From Naegleria gruberi (Eukaryota), in assembly GCA_000004985.1 (NCBI GenBank), contig GG738908.1: 64,000 bases of DNA. One strand, 5' to 3'. The translations under genes were made by a program, and so were the position numbers. Of this stretch, positions 11,069-23,198 are shown piece after piece (within the stretch, counting starts at the first letter, position 1; each line of letters starts with the position of its first letter). The notes under the pieces were generated by a model. The model was not told the DNA's origin. It did not search any database and was given only the letters and a program-made list of their open reading frames with translations.

Positions 11069-12953
11069 CTCTAGATCAAAATTTATAATGGTGCGCAAAG
11101 GATTGTGTTGTCGTATTTCTTATAGAAATATTTGTCTTGGTATCTACAGCAATAGTAGAATATTTGAATGTAGAAATTGAGTGGTTATGAAGGCCGTTAT
11201 GCAACGTTTGTTAAAATTCTAAAGAGAAATGACAGCGCGGGATGAATCAAACTACAAGTAATAACGAAATTAACGTTTTGATTAAATCTGAAGGGGAAAT
11301 GATGTTTGATAAATTAGATTTAGTTTAAATTGTATTATTGCTTGTAGACTATAAAATAACAATAATACTATTGATATTATGTACAATTAGTTGTGTGTAG
11401 TGAAAGCGGTTTAAAAAAACTCTCTTCGCTGTGATGATGTTGTCTTGTTATTTTTTGAAAGGTTAATAACACGGCAATGATTAACAAAAGTGGAAGGCTT
11501 GAAGAGCAGAATTGTTTTGGAAACTTTTCGCTTGTCGTAGTTTTCTTATTGGTAAAATTATGCACCACGAAACGTTGTTAAAATCAAGTGTTGTGTTTTT
11601 TTTAAATTGTAGGAGAGCACAATAAGTCCTTAATTACGAGTTCTTATAAACACTTCACACAACCCTTTGTGATTCTCTGGAGTGAAAAACTTGTTTGGCC
11701 CCTTGTTGTTGTGTGAGGAGCGTTTCGCTTCAACGGTAGTCAATTTGATGCAAGTGAAAATATTAATGTTCATTTGAATGATTATATTAAGGCACAAGAC
11801 ATCCGAGTGATTCGCATTTCTTATTAAGGATCGTAATAAAGTTATTTAGAATTTATCTCTCGATAAGTTGAGTAAAATTGGTTGACTAACTAATCAGTTC
11901 ATAATAATATCTTGGAATGTGTTGTTCGTCACTCAACATCTGTTCTTTTATTCTTAGTTTGTAAAATGTGATTCTGCTTCTAGTTTTTGAATTGTGATAT
12001 ATTCATTTAAAATAATGGCTTCAATCATTAGCCATTCATTTTCAACATGTGTCGATTGAGGCCATTCATCATTCAATTATTTGCTATTTAAAAATATTAT
12101 TGTCCAACCTATTAATATTACACGTGGCGTATTTATATAGAAACTGTGTAGTCGTTGAAGGAGTTGTTTACAAGATCTTTTAATTCACTACCTCAATAGT
12201 ATTGTGATTTCCTTAGAGGAGTGAACTGTAAAAAAATCCCAAAATCACCAATATTCATCTGTTTTGCACTTTTTTGGCCTTGTTTGTGATAGATGGATGT
12301 CGAAATATCGTGGCTGTAATCTTGTAGTTAAGGACAATATATCTAATCTTTTTTATTTTTGATGGTGGGAGTAATATGGAGTCAATATTGTTGTGTTACA
12401 TCATTGCTAAAAGAAGCATTGAATAATAGGTTAGAGTGAAATTCCATTAAATTGATTCATAAGTTTTTTTAATGTTTTAAAGACTAGCGATTGCTATCTC
12501 GGATGATTAGGGATGGAGGAAAGAGAGCCAGCTCTCTTTCTTTGAAGAATTGCTTCTTTTGTGGAGAGAGAAGGTTGTTGCTTTTTCTTCTTTGAGTGTT
12601 GTTGATCAACAATAGATGATAATGTGGAATGTGCTTTCTAGTCAACAACTTTGATTTCTATACAATGGGATGACTGAACTTGATATTTGGCTAATTGGAA
12701 TAGTAAATTATTTCAATTTTCTTAATGATACTACTGTCTTCTTCATTCAAACAATGAACTCGATCTTAATGACCTAAGCTCCAGCATGAGTTTTTATAAC
12801 TTAGCAACGAATAGTTTTCATTTTTTGCGGATAATACTTGATCAACATTACAATAATGAGCATTCATCATTCGGACCTCCAAACCTGTAACTTCATGCTC
12901 CCCTGCACGAATCAATTAAAGCAAAGAGTATTTCAAACATCAGATTAAAAAAA

Positions 12954-13538
12954 ATGTTGTTTAATAACGACAACTGTCACCATGATGGCAAACCTTTCAT
13001 CATGCTTGCCATGATTCTTATCATGTTAACGATAACAACAATTGCCAACGCTTCCATGATGACCATCAATAGTGACTATAAATTACCAAATGGTGGTTTT
13101 TCTTTTAAATTTGAATTACAGGAACGATCTGGAAAATTGGAAAAGTACCACGGTACTACTGTAAGATATCAACAAACCAATGGAAATGCTGTAAACTTGT
13201 TATTGGAGAGTGCAACACTGGGTTTTGGAACATTCTTTGATTCGACAATTTTACATACATTTTTAAAGCCAATTTTGGGAGCAGATGGAGAGACAATGAC
13301 TGAATGTCTTCATTTGAATTATGATTCGCCTTGGAATAGTGGAGTTGAGATGAGTAAAATGTTGGACTTGATTGTTTTCAAGAAGGTTTCTCAAATGGAA
13401 GGTATTAGTTATTATGACAAGGAATTGAATGACAAGTGTTTCAAGAGAGGTTTGGAAGTTTATGCCTTCTCTGTAATGAGTGAAACTATGGCATTGTGTG
13501 CTGATGCTGTTACTATGGAACCAAGATATATTGTGTAG
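12954..13538 (+). CDS. N-terminal part of a secreted/membrane lipase-like protein (signal/TM segment plus ~150 aa), ending at an in-frame TAG
   Basis: Hydrophobic N-terminus FIMLAMILIMLTITTIANASMM. The same reading frame continues open after TAG 13536-13538 into the next ORF. Confidence 0.45.
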   Translation: MLFNNDNCHHDGKPFIMLAMILIMLTITTIANASMMTINSDYKLPNGGFSFKFELQERSGKLEKYHGTTVRYQQTNGNAVNLLLESATLGFGTFFDSTILHTFLKPILGADGETMTECLHLNYDSPWNSGVEMSKMLDLIVFKKVSQMEGISYYDKELNDKCFKRGLEVYAFSVMSETMALCADAVTMEPRYIV

Positions 13539-13571
13539 CCAGCCTTTGTTATCTCTATTTCAGAATTCACT

Positions 13572-14795
13572 TTGAGGGATGACAGCAAGAAAGTTACAGA
13601 ACTATCATCTCATGAAAAGTTCTACCTTGATCGTCTTGATGGGTTAATGGCTAACTGTACTTTCTATGACAGAAAGTGGTTGCAAGAAAATATGAGAAAA
13701 GAAACTGGCTCTCAACCAAATACAGCTGTCAGACAATTCATGGAAAAATACATTCAAAAGTACAAATTCAGTGGAAAGATCAATGCTCCAATATTGCAAG
13801 ATAATATTTACAAAACCTCCCACCAATTAAAGCCAATCAACACTCGTATCAGTTTGTGGTTCCAAAATGAGAGAGAAGCATGTGTATTGGCTCATATCAG
13901 AGACGAAAGTGCATGTAAGAGAATGATGAAATCCAATGAAAATAAGCCAACATGCATCTTCCTTCATGGAGCAGGTTACAAGAAAGATCTTCCTCCTCAA
14001 AAAACACTCTCTGATTATTGGGGTAATGTGGCAGATTATGTTCCTCAATGTGGTGATGTTTGGTTTGGAGCAAGAGATACCAAAAACTTTGGTTGGGATG
14101 ATGAAAACTTGCAAAAATACTATTGTGAAACAGCTTTGTTGGGAAGTGGAAACTCTTCCACCATCAAAAATACCATTATTTACTCTCACTCAATGGGTAA
14201 TCTCATTTTGGCTGCTGCTTTCAAGAATGGTATTTGTGATATTGATCTATCAACATCTGAGTGGTATACTATTGGTTCTCCATTCAATGGTTCACTTGTT
14301 TCAAGAACAGCTCAAAGTATTTGTTACGATTATTACTATGACAATTTCAAGCTCAATAAGAAGGGTATTGTTGGTTGGGTAATTACTTTGGCAGGTTATT
14401 GCATTAAGGGTACACCAGATATCTTCCCAAGTTATGCCTCTGTTGAGGAAGGTTACTGCTCTCCAAAAGATGGCACCTGCATTCACGATTTGTATCAATT
14501 TGCTGATCCTTACGATAAGGGAAGAATGTGTGGAGATACTCCAATTGGCTTAATTACTCACTACAGCATTGCTCTCGAACTAGTTCATCTACTTGCTGAT
14601 TTACAATATCAATCCGATGGATTTGTTACTTTCCCAGCATGTCAAATGGATGAAGCAAAGAAATTTACTAGTGAATCACCAAATGATTTATGGTATAAGG
14701 GTGGAATAAATCATGCAGATGCGACTTGTAGAAATGGAAATGGGTGGTTTGGTCTGGGTAGAAAACCATGTTCCTTCTATACTAACAAGCAATAA
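13572..14795 (+). CDS. alpha/beta-hydrolase lipase-like protein (GxSxG nucleophile motif YSHSMGN), Cys-rich
   Basis: Motifs IFLHGAG and IIYSHSMGNLILAAAF (the lipase/esterase serine elbow), with many Cys. No signal peptide of its own. Same frame as 12954..13538, and the frame is open from 13539. Confidence 0.6.
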   Translation: MRDDSKKVTELSSHEKFYLDRLDGLMANCTFYDRKWLQENMRKETGSQPNTAVRQFMEKYIQKYKFSGKINAPILQDNIYKTSHQLKPINTRISLWFQNEREACVLAHIRDESACKRMMKSNENKPTCIFLHGAGYKKDLPPQKTLSDYWGNVADYVPQCGDVWFGARDTKNFGWDDENLQKYYCETALLGSGNSSTIKNTIIYSHSMGNLILAAAFKNGICDIDLSTSEWYTIGSPFNGSLVSRTAQSICYDYYYDNFKLNKKGIVGWVITLAGYCIKGTPDIFPSYASVEEGYCSPKDGTCIHDLYQFADPYDKGRMCGDTPIGLITHYSIALELVHLLADLQYQSDGFVTFPACQMDEAKKFTSESPNDLWYKGGINHADATCRNGNGWFGLGRKPCSFYTNKQ

Positions 14796-15064
14796 ATCAT
14801 CACCACAGAAACAAGAATTTAACTAATTCTTTTCATCATGCTGTGTGTAATTTTTGCTGTAATCAACTTGTGCCATTTTTAAATATTATGATGCACATAC
14901 CTGCAAGTATCTAGTTATATTCATGTTTGATAACTCCTGAATCAACACAAATTCCTTCCGAGAATAACATTCTCTTCATCCTCTTATTCTCTTCTTTCTT
15001 CAATAATAAAAAAAACAAAATCTTTAAAAAATAATTATTGTAAAAAAAAATTGTTTTTGAAAAA

Positions 15065-17557
15065 ATGCGTAATTTCTCTTCTTTGCTGAAGTCTTCCACA
15101 AAGACGAAAGTAATTTCATCAACACCATCATCATCTCTTCTTAGTCAAATTAGAAGTTATTCAATCACTCACACTGTTTTGGAGGAAAATAAGGATGGTA
15201 ATCGTGGTCAAAATAATAGACCACAACAAGGTGGTAAACCATTCGTAAAAAAGACCTACAATAACAATAACTCTCAACAAGGAGGACAACAAGGAGGTGA
15301 GAATAGACCATACTACAAGAAACAATACAATAATAATAACAACGCTAGTGGTCAAGCACAAAGCACACACAACAAGAGACCATACATGAAACCAAAACCA
15401 CAAGGAACAACCCCACAACAAACTTCTACTTCAACTACTAATACTACCACTGCCAACACTACAAACACTTCCGCTGCTCCAAAGAGAATTGTTAAGAAGG
15501 ACGGTGAATTGTTGAAGGAAGCCCAAAAGTTGAAGGAACTTCAAAAGAAAATTAAGAATGAAGACGCAAATACTTCATCCACAGAAGTTGTTGAAGCACC
15601 TTTGGAAGAAGAGGAAGGCGTAATTATTGTCGATGATGCTGCTCAACCAACACAAAAGATTATGCAAAAGAGAGCCTTGAGTGAAGAAATTGAAAAGCAA
15701 GAATATTTAATGAGATTAGAAGGAAAGAAAAAGAAGCCATCTACTTCATTAAAGATTGCTAGTAATAAGAAGAAGGGTGCCAGAAAGCAACAAAGAAAGA
15801 AGGAAGGACAAAGCGAGGAAGGTGAAGAAGGAAAGGAATTCAAGGGTGAATTCAGAAGAAAGAAGAAGGGTGAAGAAGAAGAGGAAGAAGATGTTCTCAA
15901 GACTGATATTGAATTGAATCAAAGCTTTGCTGAAACAATTGATAGAATTTATACTGGTTTTAACCCAGAGTTGGTTCACGAACAACTTAACTCGATATCT
16001 AAGAGAGGTTTCATTCCAGCTATGGCTGAAATCGGAGCTGAAAGTGGTGCTAATTTTGCTCCACTCATGAAGCAAATTTTGACAGGAGTTGCCATTCACG
16101 ATGAAGCCTATCATAATCTTATGAGATTTGTTTCTAATTATCAAGCTCTTGCTCAAAAAGTTTTGGATTCTATGGAAGATAAGGAAAGAGCTGATAGTAT
16201 TAGAGAAATTTATCCATTCTTGGGTGAAGGTGCTACTATTGAAATTGACTCTAACTTTGATGTTAACGAATTTTTGAAACTCAATCCTGATGTTAGAATG
16301 AATCTTGTCCAATTGTTCGATCCTGACTATTTTACAAATTTGGAAGCTGTTGAATCTAAGGCTGCTAAGGACTTGGAAACTTTGGCTAATGAAGGAAAAT
16401 TAACTAGAAAGGAATTGGATTTATACAAGCAAGAAATTTCAACTTCACTTTTGGCTGAAAAATTATTGAACTATTTTAACTCTAAATTATTCTCACTCCA
16501 ACTTGCTGGTGTTAGTGATTTCTTCTTACAACAGGAAACTGTTAAGGAATTGGCTGATCACTGTTTTGATACTATTGTCAGAAAGAGAGGTTCTGCTGTC
16601 GTTCCATTCCTTCCAGAAGCTGAAAGAAACTTTATTGAAGAACGCGAGGCTAATTTGGGCATGAAATATGGCATTACTAGAGAAAATTTACATACATTTG
16701 TTGGAAAGGAATCACTTTTACGTGAAGGTACTTATCAAAGTTTGAATGGAAGAATTGAAGAATTACTTTCAAAGAAACGTGTCAACACAATTGCTATCGA
16801 AAATAGATTGAAGATTGAACAACCAAGTGATGACTTTGATAATGAAGACGAATACTACTATGGTGATGAACAAAATCCAGTTGAAGCTAAGGAAAAGAGA
16901 GCTAATGCTGTCAATTCAATGCTTGCAGACTTTAAATATCTTCCATTGAAGAGTCACGTCAGTGCTATCAGACATAAGATTAAGCAAAGATTATATCACA
17001 TTATGAAATACGTTTATGAACCAAAGCTTGAAACTATCCCATATATAAGAGATATTCCATTTACTAGTGGTCAATATCACCATGCTGGTAAGACTGGATC
17101 TTTTGCCAAGTTTGCTCCAATTGAAAGAAACTTTGATGAAATTATTGAATCAAGTAGTTCACCTGATTCTATTGCTAGAATTGTTCTCATCAATTATTCT
17201 AGAGCTTTGGGTCAAAATGATACAATTGACATGAAGTCTAAGATGAGTTTGATGCACAGATTTGGATCCTTCATCAAGACTCTCGATGAACAAGGAGATT
17301 TGATTGAACCTGTTGCTCTCAATAACGGTAAGAGAACCCACATTCACCCTAACAGAGTTAATCCTCGTGATGCTGAATTGGATCTCAAGTCTATTCACGT
17401 CAATGAACCTGAAGAACACTGGTTCTGGAAGTACATGGAAGAAGCTAGTGATAAGGTTGATGATGTCATTAGTAAGAGACTTGCTAGTGAAACTAAACGT
17501 TCCGATATTGGACGAGGTGGTAAGCCAAAAGTTAAGAAAGTTAGATCAAAGAAGTAA
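15065..17557 (+). CDS. hypothetical Lys/Glu-rich protein with an N-terminal presequence-like segment
   Basis: ATG at 15065 opens an 830-aa ORF. The N-terminus (MRNFSSLLKSSTKTKVISSTPSSSLLSQIRSYS) is followed by N/Q/G repeats, a KE-rich tract and a large non-repetitive C-terminal domain. Confidence 0.5.
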   Translation: MRNFSSLLKSSTKTKVISSTPSSSLLSQIRSYSITHTVLEENKDGNRGQNNRPQQGGKPFVKKTYNNNNSQQGGQQGGENRPYYKKQYNNNNNASGQAQSTHNKRPYMKPKPQGTTPQQTSTSTTNTTTANTTNTSAAPKRIVKKDGELLKEAQKLKELQKKIKNEDANTSSTEVVEAPLEEEEGVIIVDDAAQPTQKIMQKRALSEEIEKQEYLMRLEGKKKKPSTSLKIASNKKKGARKQQRKKEGQSEEGEEGKEFKGEFRRKKKGEEEEEEDVLKTDIELNQSFAETIDRIYTGFNPELVHEQLNSISKRGFIPAMAEIGAESGANFAPLMKQILTGVAIHDEAYHNLMRFVSNYQALAQKVLDSMEDKERADSIREIYPFLGEGATIEIDSNFDVNEFLKLNPDVRMNLVQLFDPDYFTNLEAVESKAAKDLETLANEGKLTRKELDLYKQEISTSLLAEKLLNYFNSKLFSLQLAGVSDFFLQQETVKELADHCFDTIVRKRGSAVVPFLPEAERNFIEEREANLGMKYGITRENLHTFVGKESLLREGTYQSLNGRIEELLSKKRVNTIAIENRLKIEQPSDDFDNEDEYYYGDEQNPVEAKEKRANAVNSMLADFKYLPLKSHVSAIRHKIKQRLYHIMKYVYEPKLETIPYIRDIPFTSGQYHHAGKTGSFAKFAPIERNFDEIIESSSSPDSIARIVLINYSRALGQNDTIDMKSKMSLMHRFGSFIKTLDEQGDLIEPVALNNGKRTHIHPNRVNPRDAELDLKSIHVNEPEEHWFWKYMEEASDKVDDVISKRLASETKRSDIGRGGKPKVKKVRSKK

Positions 17558-17636
17558 ATAGCCTTTGTGATTAGGGATAAATATCACTGTAATAAAAATT
17601 AATATTTAAAAAGTGACAATTAATTTTTATAACACA

Positions 17637-18269
17637 TTAAGAATCAAAATCTACAGTCATTTTGATTTTAACCAGAGTATTGGCAGCTTGAACATCTTCA
17701 TTTTCAATCTCAAACTCTGATTCCGAATATGACATGTCAGATTGTTCATCATTCGTTGTGGAAGTATCCTCATCTACATCCATTTTATATTCGTCTTCAT
17801 CGTCTTCTGTTTCAACTTCATCTTCACTCTCACTGTCAGATTCCACATTAACCTTTCTTGTTTGTCTTGTTCTTCTTGGTCTTGATGATTTTGCAGGAGG
17901 AGATCGACCACCACTGCTACTATTATTTGACATGTCTATTGAGTGTCCGGAAGATGAGACCGATCTAGCCCACGTTCCAAGTTTCCCCTCATCTGACAGT
18001 TCTCTTATTAGATCATTGTCCTTATTACGTGGTGTATTTGGATTTGATTTTTTATAAGCTGCTAATACCTTGTCAAGTAAGGGTCTAACTAATCTTCTTC
18101 TTGCATTGATGAACCAATTGTTAATACTCTTCATCTCTAGGCTTGTTTGATTAGATAACTGGTTCTTTTGTGCATCCGAAGGATAGGGGTGAAATAAATG
18201 ATCGTACAACCATTCTTTTAATTGTTCAACAGCTTCTTTTGGGAGTGTTCTTTTTTGAGCTTCTGACAT
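17637..18269 (-). CDS. TALE-class homeodomain protein
   Basis: The homeodomain has the TALE three-residue insertion and WFINARRR in helix 3: LPKEAVEQLKEWLYDHLFHPYPSDAQKNQLSNQTSLEMKSINNWFINARRRLV. The acidic C-terminus follows. The gene may have further 5' exons. Confidence 0.75.
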   Translation of the reverse strand: MSEAQKRTLPKEAVEQLKEWLYDHLFHPYPSDAQKNQLSNQTSLEMKSINNWFINARRRLVRPLLDKVLAAYKKSNPNTPRNKDNDLIRELSDEGKLGTWARSVSSSGHSIDMSNNSSSGGRSPPAKSSRPRRTRQTRKVNVESDSESEDEVETEDDEDEYKMDVDEDTSTTNDEQSDMSYSESEFEIENEDVQAANTLVKIKMTVDFDS

Positions 18270-19262
18270 TCTTTCTGATATACAATTAATAATTTAGTGT
18301 GATGATAATGTTATTTCTTGTTGATGTGATGATGTTTCTCTCACGGGTGGATTAGTTTTAATGTACAATTCGATATTTTCAAAAATCCTCAATTAGCCTT
18401 ATGACAATAATTATATACAAATATTCAATATCACAATTCTTGCTTGCAGGTTCTACTTAACAATCCCGTAACCTGCCAATCAACGTCAAAACGCTACACA
18501 ATTACTACAGAGTTTCAACTTGTTTCACTGCCACACAGTGTCTTTCCTTAGAGTTTTTGCTATTTTTTTTTTAAGGCTAAAAAACTTGTCATTTTTGTGG
18601 TATTTTTGAATGGAGGAAGAAGTTGCTAGAACTTTGCTGAAAAATTGCTCTTTTTTGCATTCCCAGAATGGCTAGAGATGAAACAATGCACACATGTGAA
18701 GGTCATCCACATTGCAATTCTGCTTATCTTTGCTTGGTGTGATCTTCATCATCATGTTGTTACTGCTTTGATGTTAAAAGAATAAAAGCAACAGAATGTG
18801 CATTAAGGAAGGGTCAAATAGAGAAGACGATTTTTCCAACTATTGTAATAAAGCAGTCTAAAGAAGGAAAATAAAAATCACTCCAAATAAATACATGGTG
18901 TAATGGGTGATGAGATTTTACAACAATAATTGGTGTGTCCATAGTCAAACTCCTCAGAATGTTAAACCTTAATGGAAATCAAATATTTAACTATTCTCAC
19001 AGGACATTAAATTTTACCCCGTTGACATGTTTATGTTGAGCTACAAAAGATTATTAAAAAGATTGCAACGATTAGAGAATTTTATAATCAAACTTGAGTA
19101 ACCTTTCAATTATTATTATTTGTTCCTATCAATGCAATTTTATATGAAGTTACATTTTCCAAGTTGAGTATCCTAGAGCATAATGAACATGCAACACTTG
19201 CCAACTTTTCTTCGTGATGAACTCCTCCTCATCACCACAGAAATCAAAAACCACCCAAAAAA

Positions 19263-21703
19263 ATGTCTTCAATCCGATCTATTTATTTGCTCTCCACAAA
19301 TCCACTCAAATTGCCAGAATATGTTCGTAATTTTGATCGATATGGTGTTAGGGTAGTCATTCGTGATCCGAAGGATTTTGATACTGATCAGAAAAAGTTG
19401 GAGTTTTTACAACAAAATACATCTGCTATTTGTTTTATTTGTGATCAGATGGATTTGTTCAAGAAGGGAACAAGTGAAAGGGCTAAATTGGAACATTTGG
19501 AATTGGTAGAAAGTAGTACAGAGTTGACAGTTTGGCAATTGAATAAGGAAAAGGATGCTCTTGTCAAGAAGGTTTTCAAGAATGTTCAGTATGGATTTAT
19601 TGATTTATCAAGAAAGAAGCCAAACTTGTTGAGAAAGACTGTATTTGGTTGGGATGATGTATTTGTTAATTTATACTCTGGTAAGAGTAATTTGGATCAA
19701 ATTGAATCAGGTGGCTCGAAGATTTCCTCTCGTGATATGGCTATTTCAGAATATATCAAGGAAAGATTCTACTATTCCAAGAGAAAGGATTTGAATTTTA
19801 CTCCACAAAATATTACTGAGAGAACTATTGATTTTAGAAAGAGTGTCTTGACATATTTTGAAGGACATAATTTGTACAATAATGAGTCAACTAGAAAGTA
19901 CAAGATTACCAATGTTTGGAAAACTGTTGTCAATGATGGTTTGGTATTCAAGTCTTCAAAGAATAGAAGAGAAAATAATTACTTTTCAACTCTTCTTAAT
20001 CCAGCACTTCCACTCGTTTCAAAGAGGGATCCAATTCATGAAACTACATTCCAAATGCATGACTGTGGACATTTTTGCATTCTTGAATTGATTTATACTG
20101 GTTATGAATCTACTGAATTGCAAAAGCTTGTATATATTGCTTTCAGAATGATTAGTGAGGCAGTTACCATGATGATGGCAGACGTTTTATTTATTCATGC
20201 ATTGAAAATGCAAGGTATTGAGTATGACTTTGATTCCAGAAAGATTTATCCTCTCTATTCCAGTTCTAATTTGGATTTTGATAGGGATGGTATTGTTCCA
20301 ACTTTGGAAAAATTGATTAGAGCCAATGTTGATCTTGCCCTCAAGGGAAATGACACCAAATTCAAAGCTATAGCCTCTACAGAAGCTTTAAAGACATTCA
20401 AGGACAAGTAAGTATTGAACGATTTGATATTTTATTGAAAATTTTCATTAGATTTGTACCATTCTTTGTTGAAGATTACAAGTGGAATGCAAACAATTAT
20501 CAAAATATGGAAACTAGAAAGGAGGAGATTAAAAAGTGGTGGGACAGTGTTGAACATGTTCGCCACTATACTCCAGAAATCAGATTCCTTACCATTGATG
20601 AGTTTATTGCACACATGGAAAATTACACTCCATCTGAGCTCACTTCTCTTCACACTGATGAAATTGTAGATATTGTATTTGAAACTGTGTGGCAAGAAAT
20701 GGTCAAGCCAGTATTTGAAAAGGATACAATTGAAGTTTTACCAGAAGAGCGTAGAAATTTCAATACTTTTGTTCGTTACATGTGTGGTCAATTGGCAATC
20801 TTTTCTGCCTTTGAAACTCCAGAATCATCCATCTATCGCGATGGTATTCTCAAGTTTATTAAGGAAAAGGCCAAGACCAAAACAATGACAATTGATGAAA
20901 TTGAGAATGCAGAGACTTTCTTTGGAGCCTATGTTGATTTGTTGGCCCAAAAGAATATGATTACCTATGATGATGCTTCCACCTATAAGGAAATTTATCC
21001 AATGTTTGAACCTTGCTACGTTTTCTATGATGAAAACAAATCCTACTATGATTCTCTTTCGAATGTCTACAAGAGACTCTTCAAGATTCCACACAGAATT
21101 ATTATTATGGGTTTACCAGGTTGCGGAAAGGGCACTCAATCCAAGTTGATTGCTGAAAAGTATGGACTCGTTCATATTTCAACAGGTGATTTGGTTAGAG
21201 AAGTTATCTCTAAACAAACAGAGCTTGGTAAAAAGTGTGAAGCCATCATTAACACTGGTGGTTTGTTGCCTGATGAGTTGATTAATCCAATTTTCTTGGA
21301 TAGAATCCTCAAAGAAGATTGCAAGACTAAGGGTTGGATTCTTGATGGATATCCAAGAACTACTTCAAATCTCGAATTTGTCAGAGCCAATCGTCTTAAT
21401 GTGACAGGTGTCATTTTCCTCACTTTGGACGATGATACAGCCATAGAGAGACAGTGTGGTCGTATTACTGACCCATTGACTGGAGCAATCTATCACAGCA
21501 AGTTCTTACCTCCTACTGAAGAAATCAGAGAACGGTTGGTTAAGCGTGCAACTGATAATGAAGAAAAGGCCAAGATTAGAGTTAAGGTTTATCATGACGA
21601 AATGGATCAAGCATTTGATTGGTTCCCAGAAGAAATCTCTCACAAGATTGATGCCACTCCTTCTCCAGAGGAAGTATTTGAGGCAATTAAAAAGCTCTTG
21701 TAA
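19263..21703 (+). CDS. large protein with a C-terminal adenylate-kinase domain, 2 exons: join(19263..20407,20452..21703)
   Basis: A GTAAGT donor overlaps the stop of ORF1 (20408-20413) and the acceptor is ...cattag (20451). The 44-nt intron joins the two ORFs in frame. The P-loop IIIMGLPGCGKGTQS plus the LID/NMP-binding regions match adenylate kinase. Confidence 0.65.
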
Positions 21704-21747
21704 TCTGAATTTTATTAACATAATACAATAATTCTACAATCAATAAT

Positions 21748-22536
21748 TTAATTAATATTTAATTTGGCTCCGTTATCATCCAATTTTCTATAGAAAGCTG
21801 GCTCTCTAATAATTAATGGATATCTTTGGTGAGCAAGTTCACACATTAATGAGCAAATTTCTTGAACTTCAGTTTCGTTTCCAAAAGATGTCATTCTTCC
21901 AATAAGCAATTTGTGTAAATCTTTGATACTGATAGTGAATGTCAATGCATTGCATTTACAACCCAAATTGAGCATATTAAAGAATTCGGTATTTAACATT
22001 TCATTATTGACACCCTTCTTATCCCAAAATTGCTTATTTTCCTCTCTCAATTTCAAAAAATCTCTAATCATCTTTTTTTGGATTTCCTTGCTTTCTCCTT
22101 GAACACGATAAAAATTCTCACACATGGCCATTGTCTTGGAGGAAGTAAGACGAGCAATGGTTGCCTCCTTATGAGCACACAATTCCAAACAAGTTTCCAC
22201 TGTACAACCAGCAATCAAGAATGTAACATGAGTACCAGCATAGATTGACAAGTGTTTAGCTTCATTGATCATACGATCGTGAAAATTCAAACTCTCCTCT
22301 TGAGTTATTGGTTGATCTTTAAAGCTCAAGTATGTAATTCTACCTTTAAATTCGGCCGATTGCAAATAATCATCACCATGATTACAATGCATTGCTTCAT
22401 ACAATTCTTTTGCTTCTTCGGTATTTTGTGTAACTTCGGTGATCATCACTCCTGGTTTAATGACAAATAAATCATCTTCAACAATTCCTCCACTCTTTGT
22501 GATGAGAGTTCCGAGACGGCTTTTAAATTGAGACAT
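21748..22536 (-). CDS. hypothetical protein (262 aa)
   Basis: ATG at 22536 opens a clean ORF with coding-like composition. No family recognised. Confidence 0.45.
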   Translation of the reverse strand: MSQFKSRLGTLITKSGGIVEDDLFVIKPGVMITEVTQNTEEAKELYEAMHCNHGDDYLQSAEFKGRITYLSFKDQPITQEESLNFHDRMINEAKHLSIYAGTHVTFLIAGCTVETCLELCAHKEATIARLTSSKTMAMCENFYRVQGESKEIQKKMIRDFLKLREENKQFWDKKGVNNEMLNTEFFNMLNLGCKCNALTFTISIKDLHKLLIGRMTSFGNETEVQEICSLMCELAHQRYPLIIREPAFYRKLDDNGAKLNIN

Positions 22537-22959
22537 TTTTTTAATTTGTTTTTTTTTGTAAACTTTGGAAGAGAGAGATTGATGACGTTTGTAATCTTAA
22601 TATCATAACATTCTATATTCCAATTGGATAATCAATATGAATTTTCGAAAGTCCAATATTTCAGTATATTATTAACGTTATTATAGAGTTCAATACAGAC
22701 AAGGTGCTTCATCCACTCTGCCTTTAACAATTGACTGATTAACTTGTTATCCTTCCTAATTTATCAATTAATAACATCAGATACTCAAAATCTTATATCT
22801 GACCCTTCCTTTATTGTCCAATTTCTTCAAAAAGCAAAAATCTTAAAACGAAACCTTGATATCATGGTTATTATTGGCACTGAAAGGTGTGGTTATTACT
22901 TTGAAATCTTTTAAAAAAACCTTCGAGAATTGTACCACACCGTGTTTTCCACTCAAAAC

Positions 22960-23182
22960 CATGAGAAGGCTTACCATTGTTTTGTTAGTATGCATGTTAA
23001 TTTTATTTTTGGTTTGTGTGAATTCTCAACCACCTCCTTATCGAGAAGGAAATAAGGGTGAAACAAGTATCCCACCTCAACCATCTATCCAAACCGAAAA
23101 TTTACAAGCAAATTCAATTGTGTTTCAAGTCAATTCTGTGGTAAAATGGCAAGCCTATTTAAGAGGTAAATGTGATAAATAA
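22960..23182 (+). CDS. possible small secreted protein (signal peptide plus Pro-rich segment)
   Basis: ATG at 22960. MRRLTIVLLVCMLILFLVCVNS looks like a signal peptide. The ORF is short and this is a weak call. Confidence 0.25.
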
Positions 23183-23198
23183 ACATATCGATATTCAT

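Noticed and set aside
13533-13563. A 31-nt GT..AG intron (gtgtag...tttcag) to remove the TAG between the two lipase ORFs
   Set aside because: Its length is not a multiple of 3 and splicing gives an immediate stop (aat tca ctt tga). It is also shorter than every other intron in the window.
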